A stretch of 64,000 nt of DNA from Candidatus Latescibacterota bacterium (GTDB lineage: Bacteria > Latescibacterota > CBDEFO01): NCBI GenBank assembly GCA_965237525.1, contig CBDEFO010000008.1:608001-672000 (forward strand), in the 5' to 3' direction. Numbering within the stretch: position 1 is the stretch's first letter; every line of letters starts with the position of its first letter. The translations under genes and the position numbers were made by a program. Below are positions 58,694 through 64,000 of the stretch, piece by piece. A model generated the notes under the pieces. It was not told the origin of the DNA and did not search any database. It was given only the letters and a program-made list of their open reading frames with translations.

Positions 58694-59242
58694 ATGCCTG
58701 AGCAGAACGATATAACGCTTGTTAAAAGGACGCTAAAGGGAGATAAAAGATCCTTTGAAAGCTTAGTTGTGCGCTATCAAGTTCCCGTCTACAACATCGC
58801 CTATCGAATGCTTCAAAACAAAGAAGAGGCACAGGACATCGCTCAGGAAGCCTGGCTTAGATCCTACAGGTCACTACGGACATTTAAGAGAAATCTCAAA
58901 TTCAGAGTGTGGCTCTTTAAAATAACTACCAACCTGTGTGTCGATAGACTCAGAAGCGGAACAAATCGTACGGTCTCCACAGACGAGGAGGATGCACCTC
59001 AAATTCCAGACGACAAAGACGCCCCTGATGTGGAGTTAGAATCCAAAGATATAAGAATGGAGGTACAAAGAGCTATAAACTCGCTTCCAGAACATTACAG
59101 GTCGGTCGTAATTCTCAGACATTTACAGGACTGTGCGTACGAGGAGATAGCGGAAATACTTGACATACCGACAGGAACGGTGATGGGGAGACTGTTCAGA
59201 GCAAGAAAGATACTGCAGAGTACATTGAAAGATCTGATATAA
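58694..59242 (+). CDS. ECF sigma factor (SigW/RpoE-like)
   Basis: AQDIAQEAW, FRVWLFKITTNLCVD, YEEIAEILDIPTGTV..RLFRAR. Confidence 0.93.
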   Translation: MPEQNDITLVKRTLKGDKRSFESLVVRYQVPVYNIAYRMLQNKEEAQDIAQEAWLRSYRSLRTFKRNLKFRVWLFKITTNLCVDRLRSGTNRTVSTDEEDAPQIPDDKDAPDVELESKDIRMEVQRAINSLPEHYRSVVILRHLQDCAYEEIAEILDIPTGTVMGRLFRARKILQSTLKDLI

Positions 59243-59257
59243 ACGGAGCATGTAAAA

Positions 59258-59815
59258 ATGCACAAGGCCATGGGGAACCATCTTCAAGCCTACATAGACG
59301 GGAGGCTTATAGAGCCTCAGCGAAAAGAAATCGAAAGACACATAGAAGACTGTCCATCTTGCAGAAAGGAATTAGAATCGTTGAGCAAAGTAATAACACT
59401 CACAGAGACGACGCCCCAGATAGCTCCGCCTGAAGATTTCGTCCAAAGCGTTATGGACAGGTTGCCCTACATATATGGACAGGAGAAAGTCCCCCTCCTC
59501 CAGCGCATCCTCGAAGTCGTCTTGAAACCCGCTGTGGCCTTGGCCTCGTTATTATTGCTGCTCGGATTGACTCTGATCTCATACGTCTATGTGATCGGTC
59601 CTTTAAATCTCGCATCGGAGATAGTCTCAGCGCTCCTTGGCATCCGCAACACCGCAGAAGCGCTGTTGCCATATATAAGGATCACCGCAGAGATCTCAGG
59701 CCTGTTCTCCAAGGAACTTACCATAGCGATGGGAATTGCCCTCTTTCTTTTCGGAGGGATTTTGATGAGATTTATAAATCTTGTAAATGGACGTGTTAAA
59801 ATCAGAAACCTATAA
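59258..59815 (+). CDS. zf-HC2 anti-sigma factor with TM helices
   Basis: LQAYIDG...HIEDCPSC (HxxxCxxC). Confidence 0.88.
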   Translation: MHKAMGNHLQAYIDGRLIEPQRKEIERHIEDCPSCRKELESLSKVITLTETTPQIAPPEDFVQSVMDRLPYIYGQEKVPLLQRILEVVLKPAVALASLLLLLGLTLISYVYVIGPLNLASEIVSALLGIRNTAEALLPYIRITAEISGLFSKELTIAMGIALFLFGGILMRFINLVNGRVKIRNL

Positions 59816-59830
59816 ACAAAGGAGAAGGAG

Positions 59831-60817
59831 ATGAATAGGATCTTCATCGTCACAACGTTAGCCACAGCTCTATTCCTTATGGCATCTCAGGCCTTCGCCG
59901 CCAACGATATGGTAAGGTCGGGCCAGAATATAGTAGTTGAGGAAGGTGAAACAGTAAAAAACGTAGTCGTTATAGGCGGCTCCGTCAAAGTGAAAGGAAA
60001 TGCCAAAGATGTTGTGGCTATCGGAGGAAGAATTGATGTCCAGGGCCAGATCAGAAACGCTGTGGCCATCGGAGGGAGCGCGAGAGTCTCAGGAAAGACC
60101 AGAGATGTAGCAGCTATAGGAGGAAATGTCTATTTAGAAGCGGGAGCCGAGGTCAAAGACGTACTCTCAATAGGAGGACATATAGTAACTGACAGCACGG
60201 CAATAATAAGCGGAGACGTGATGGAAGTGGGGAATATTCAAGGCTTAAAGGCAATACTCCCCCCTATAGCACGCCGCGCATTTACGCCTGAAGGCAGGGA
60301 TAAGATTTCCGGTTTCCTTTTCTTCGCCAAAATCATTTACAAGATCACGGTCGCCCTGGTTGTCATAGCCCTGGGTGCACTCCTTATGATCTTCTTTCCC
60401 AGACATATCGAGAGCATATCCCATAACGCAAGAAACAGTATATGGCAGTCTGTACTTATTGGTCTTTTCGGATTGATATGCGTAGGTCCTCTTATGGTGC
60501 TCATTGGCATAACCATAATCGGAATACCCCTCGTGCCGCTTGTTGGACTTGCCGCTTTTGTCGCTATGTTCCTCGGATACATAGCTGTCACACTCGTAAT
60601 CGGCAAGGAGATACCTCTTAAAATAAAAGGGAAGTCCCCCATACTGGAGCTTGCAATTGGAGCCATAATCCTGGCGCTTGTGAACCAGATACCGTATCTC
60701 GGTTGGCTCACCCTGTCAGCGGCTATTGCCCTTGGATTCGGAGCTGTTCTTACATCCAAATTCGGGACAGTAAGGATAGAGACAGTAAGGGAGAACGGAG
60801 AGGCCCAGGCTTCATAG
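59831..60817 (+). CDS. Membrane protein with bactofilin-like beta-helix repeats and a C-terminal multi-TM domain
   Basis: Repeated VxIGG units; LIGITIIGIPL, NQIPYLGW, LGFGAV. Confidence 0.82.
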   Translation: MNRIFIVTTLATALFLMASQAFAANDMVRSGQNIVVEEGETVKNVVVIGGSVKVKGNAKDVVAIGGRIDVQGQIRNAVAIGGSARVSGKTRDVAAIGGNVYLEAGAEVKDVLSIGGHIVTDSTAIISGDVMEVGNIQGLKAILPPIARRAFTPEGRDKISGFLFFAKIIYKITVALVVIALGALLMIFFPRHIESISHNARNSIWQSVLIGLFGLICVGPLMVLIGITIIGIPLVPLVGLAAFVAMFLGYIAVTLVIGKEIPLKIKGKSPILELAIGAIILALVNQIPYLGWLTLSAAIALGFGAVLTSKFGTVRIETVRENGEAQAS

Positions 60818-60886
60818 ACTCATTTTTCAAAATCCACAACACGCATTAGCCTTTCGGGAACAGCTACCGCACAAAGGAGGAGAAAG

Positions 60887-61348
60887 ATGAACTTCATACT
60901 TTTCCTGGGTCTTATAGCCCTGGGAGCGCTCCTTATAACCTTCCTTCCTCGACACGTCGAGAACGTATCCTACACCTTACGAAACAGTTTATGGCAGTCT
61001 GTACTTATAGGTCTGTGCGGGCTGATTTGCATAGTTCCTCTTATGGTGCTCATAGGCATAACCATAATAGGGATACCCCTTTTACCGCTTATCGGACTTG
61101 CCGCTTCTGTCGCGATGTTCCTCGGATACATAGCTATAACACTCGTCATCGGAAAAGAGATACCGCTTAAAATAAAAGAGAAGTCCCCCATACTGGAGCT
61201 TGCGATTGGACTCATAATGCTGACCCTCGTAAACCAGATACCGTATTTCGGCTGGTTCACCTTATCGGTGGCTCTTGTTCTCGGCTTCGGAGCTGTGCTC
61301 ACGTCCAAGTTCGGGACAGTAAGGACGGAAGAAGTAAGGGAGAACTGA
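60887..61348 (+). CDS. Stand-alone duplicate of the preceding gene's TM domain
   Basis: Closely similar to the C-terminal ~150 aa of 59831-60817; own AGGAGG RBS; intact frame. Confidence 0.82.
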   Translation: MNFILFLGLIALGALLITFLPRHVENVSYTLRNSLWQSVLIGLCGLICIVPLMVLIGITIIGIPLLPLIGLAASVAMFLGYIAITLVIGKEIPLKIKEKSPILELAIGLIMLTLVNQIPYFGWFTLSVALVLGFGAVLTSKFGTVRTEEVREN

Positions 61349-61567
61349 GAGACTCAAGTTTCATAAAAACTGGGTGTGTAGACTGCCTTCTCGCGCCGGG
61401 CGGAGGAAACGTCCATCTTCCCAATCTTATCCCACCTTTGTCGCAGGAGACATCTCGGCGCTCCGATGTCAATCTGTGGGGCAAATCTGCCTAATTTTCT
61501 CGCCGATCCGAATCACGGTTAAGAGAATGACAATTTGTCTGCTGAAGGCACATGAGATGCACTCTTC

Positions 61568-61830
61568 TCAAAGTTGGAGAGAAGAGAGTCGAGGATCAAG
61601 ATTTTCTGTGGTTTGGTGTTGAATGGCTATTTGTAGAAGGGGTTCGAATTCTTCGTAGCTATTCTTTCTTTGGGAATTGAACATCCATTGATAGGCTTGG
61701 AGTTTCAGGCAAAGGTTCGATCGGTCAGTGGTCTGGAGAGTATTGTAGAATTCGCATTCGATCAGGCCGTGACGCGTTCGGCATCGGATTGGTTTGTAGT
61801 TGCTCTTTCGGGGTCCGTCTATGTTTGAGA
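61568..61830 (-). pseudogene. Degraded rve/IS481-like transposase C-terminal fragment
   Basis: NQSDAERV / HGLIECEFY...KLQAYQWMFNSQRKNSY...PLLQI across one frameshift. Confidence 0.5.
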
Positions 61831-61850
61831 TCTCTTTATCGAAAATATAG

Positions 61851-61879
61851 TTGACATCGGCATGTAGTATTTTTATATT
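61851..61879 (+). promoter_or_regulatory. Sigma70-type promoter
   Basis: TTGACA-17 nt-TATATT. Confidence 0.6.
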
Positions 61880-61930
61880 TGAGTTACAATCGGCTTTGGT
61901 GATTTGAGGTTATCAGGAGATCAAGAGCGT

Positions 61931-62164
61931 ATGTCAAGGCAGTTGAAAGAGGATATCGTAAAGGAATTGATAGAAGATTCTTGGGGGAATTCCTCCCAAG
62001 GCACGCAGGATGTGGAGGAAATAAGGAGTTCTCCCATGGGGATCTTTATAAGAATGGAGGAGAAGGTAAGCGCGATAGAACAAGATGTTAGTTTTTCAAA
62101 GGATGAGGTCCTCACTACGCGCCAAAGTGCGGTCACAAAGGACGAGTTAAGGACAATCACCTGA
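61931..62164 (+). CDS. Small hypothetical coiled-coil protein or fragment
   Basis: MSRQLKEDIVKEL...; follows the promoter and an AGGAG site. Confidence 0.4.
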   Translation: MSRQLKEDIVKELIEDSWGNSSQGTQDVEEIRSSPMGIFIRMEEKVSAIEQDVSFSKDEVLTTRQSAVTKDELRTIT

Positions 62165-62221
62165 CCTACAGGACATTTTTGCAGTGTTAAATATGGGGAT
62201 CATAATCGCCCGTTATTTGGG

Positions 62222-62865
62222 ATGCGATGGAAAGCGATAAAATTAGCCTGCCAGGAGAAGAAGATTCCGGGAGATGATCTAAAGGAGAGGCTTGAGAAGC
62301 TGCACCGATACGGGTATGAGGGGGTGCAGTTTCGCGGCAGCAATGTTGCGGAGAGAGAGGATGAAATCGCTTGCATCCTCTATACTCTATCTGTACAGGA
62401 TAGACAGGTTGTGCGCTCGGTCCGGATAAGGAACAGAGGGACCTTGCGGTAAAAGACATAAAGCGCCTTTTGGAGGCGAGTGCGAAGATAGGTTAGGATC
62501 AGCCCTTCTTTTAAAGCCCTTAAACAGGTACGAGTCCCACCTCTTGAATACGTTGGAGGACGCAGTCTATTACGCCAAAGAGATAAATAGCCCTGGCGTA
62601 AAGATAACGGCTGATTTTTCCACATGCACACAGAGGAAGGAGACACGCCCCAAGCCATAAGGCAGGCCGGTAGGTACATCCATCATGGCATCTTGCAGAC
62701 AACCCCAGACTCCTTCCGGGTTACGGGGATATAGATTTCAAGGCTGGTTTTGCGGCTCTCAAAGAGATCGGTTACGATAAGTACATGGCTATGGAATGTC
62801 GTATCCCGGGCGATCCTGAAATAGAGATCCCTAAATCCGCTCAATATCTGAAAAAGCAGATGTAG
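62222..62865 (+). pseudogene. Sugar-phosphate isomerase/epimerase (xylose isomerase-like TIM barrel) pseudogene
   Basis: GYEGVQF; PLNRYESHLLNT; ADF/FHMHTEE; HLAD..RLLPGYGDIDF; GYDKYMAMEC, across several frames with a central deletion. Confidence 0.82.
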
Positions 62866-62881
62866 GAGGTGCCGACTGTCT

Positions 62882-63421
62882 ATGGATAAAAGCGGAGTCC
62901 AAAAGGAAGCTGAGGATTGTTGGAGGAAGGCATACCAGATTCAGATGCAGGCTCATCAGGCTCAAAGTGAGGGCAGGGAGGAGGAGGCGCTTATATATTT
63001 TGAGGAAGCGATCAAGTACTACGAGCAATCCATAGACTTTTATCCCACCGGAGAAGCGCATACGTTCCTGGGGTGGAATTACAGTTTTATGGGAAGTCTA
63101 CACGAAGCGATAGGGGAGTGTAAAAAGGCAATAGAAGTAGATCCCGACTTTGGTAATCCCTACAACGATATAGGAGCTTATCTGATCGAGTTGGGAAGGT
63201 TCGATGAAGCTGTACCCTACCTCAAGAAAGCCATGGTAGCCAGAAGATACGAGTGCTATCACTATCCTCACTTCAATTTGGCAAGGATTCTGGAACTTCA
63301 GGGAGCCTGGCTTGAGGCCATTGAGGAGTACAAGAAAGCTTACGAGGAAGCTCTAACTGCAAATTATGACTACCCTGAAGCTAAATGGGCTATACTAAGG
63401 GTTAAGAGCCTGATGAATTGA
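62882..63421 (+). CDS. TPR-repeat protein
   Basis: EAHTFLGW, AIEVDPDFGNPYNDIG, PHFNLAR. Confidence 0.85.
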   Translation: MDKSGVQKEAEDCWRKAYQIQMQAHQAQSEGREEEALIYFEEAIKYYEQSIDFYPTGEAHTFLGWNYSFMGSLHEAIGECKKAIEVDPDFGNPYNDIGAYLIELGRFDEAVPYLKKAMVARRYECYHYPHFNLARILELQGAWLEAIEEYKKAYEEALTANYDYPEAKWAILRVKSLMN

Positions 63422-63439
63422 AATGGGGAATAGGCGAGT

Positions 63440-64000
63440 ATGACTCTTGATCAGATAGATCTATTTGAGAGCGAAGATGAAAAAACCGTAACGGAGTCTA
63501 CGTTTGACCTTTCGAACTCCGACATAGAACTGAAGAAGTCCTTAGATTTGCTCTTTGAAAAGTACAACACGCCGGATTTCATACCGAACGATCCGGTCAA
63601 ATTCGTGCACAGATACTCAGACGATAGAGATCGCGAAGTCGCCGGGATGATTGCCTCTATTATGTCTCAGGGCAGGAGGACTAACATACTTTCAAGCTTG
63701 GAGAAGATATTCAGACAAATGGAAGATAGACCTTACAAGTTCGTAGCCAATTTTGATCCAAAAAGAGATATCGAGCGTTTTGAAGGCTTTTCTCATTTTG
63801 CGTATCGATTGATATTGGGCGACGACGTAGCGTGTGTGATCTATCTTTTGAAACAGGTCATAGAAAAATACGGGTCCATACAAGAACTCTTTATAAGGGG
63901 GCTCGATCTCTCAGATGAGACGATCAGGCCGGCTTTAACGAGGTTTGTCCAGAACATCTATAATCTGGATCCACTCCCAGGGACGGATGCGATTCCCCAA
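63440..64000 (+). CDS. TIGR02757 / DUF2400 family protein, truncated by the window end
   Basis: YNTPDFIPNDPVKFVHRYSDDRDREVAGMIAS; open to the end of the window. Confidence 0.8.
   Translation, partial: MTLDQIDLFESEDEKTVTESTFDLSNSDIELKKSLDLLFEKYNTPDFIPNDPVKFVHRYSDDRDREVAGMIASIMSQGRRTNILSSLEKIFRQMEDRPYKFVANFDPKRDIERFEGFSHFAYRLILGDDVACVIYLLKQVIEKYGSIQELFIRGLDLSDETIRPALTRFVQNIYNLDPLPGTDAIPQ

Overview
A 64-kb chromosomal window from a diderm bacterium (LptE, lipoproteins). Secreted proteins ending in FlgD-Ig-like domains and a C-terminal TWGxIK tail suggest an FCB-group candidate phylum such as Latescibacterota (inference only). The housekeeping backbone is ftsEX-envC-fthC-uppS-cdsA-dxr-rseP, a minus-strand ilvBNC-leuACDB-cimA-aminotransferase-argJ-aspC cluster with an Ile/Leu/Val-rich leader peptide, thiL, tag, rpsU and an ECF sigma/anti-sigma locus. 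Accessory DNA includes a GmrSD-like nuclease, a Zn-ribbon/PIN-like gene, a Ser/Thr kinase flanked by a duplicated ilvC 3' end, two complete IS elements whose target genes can be reconstructed (lptE and a PKD/cohesin lipoprotein), several pseudogenes and three dispersed repeat families. One repeat family sits in frame inside proteins. The best candidate for an undescribed system is a tightly packed four-gene operon (38193-44930) with two Hsp90/MORC-type GHKL ATPases, one fused through a membrane helix to an intact transglutaminase domain. RseP also carries an apparent degenerate histidine-kinase ATPase domain insertion. All calls come from motif reading by eye; no searches were run.
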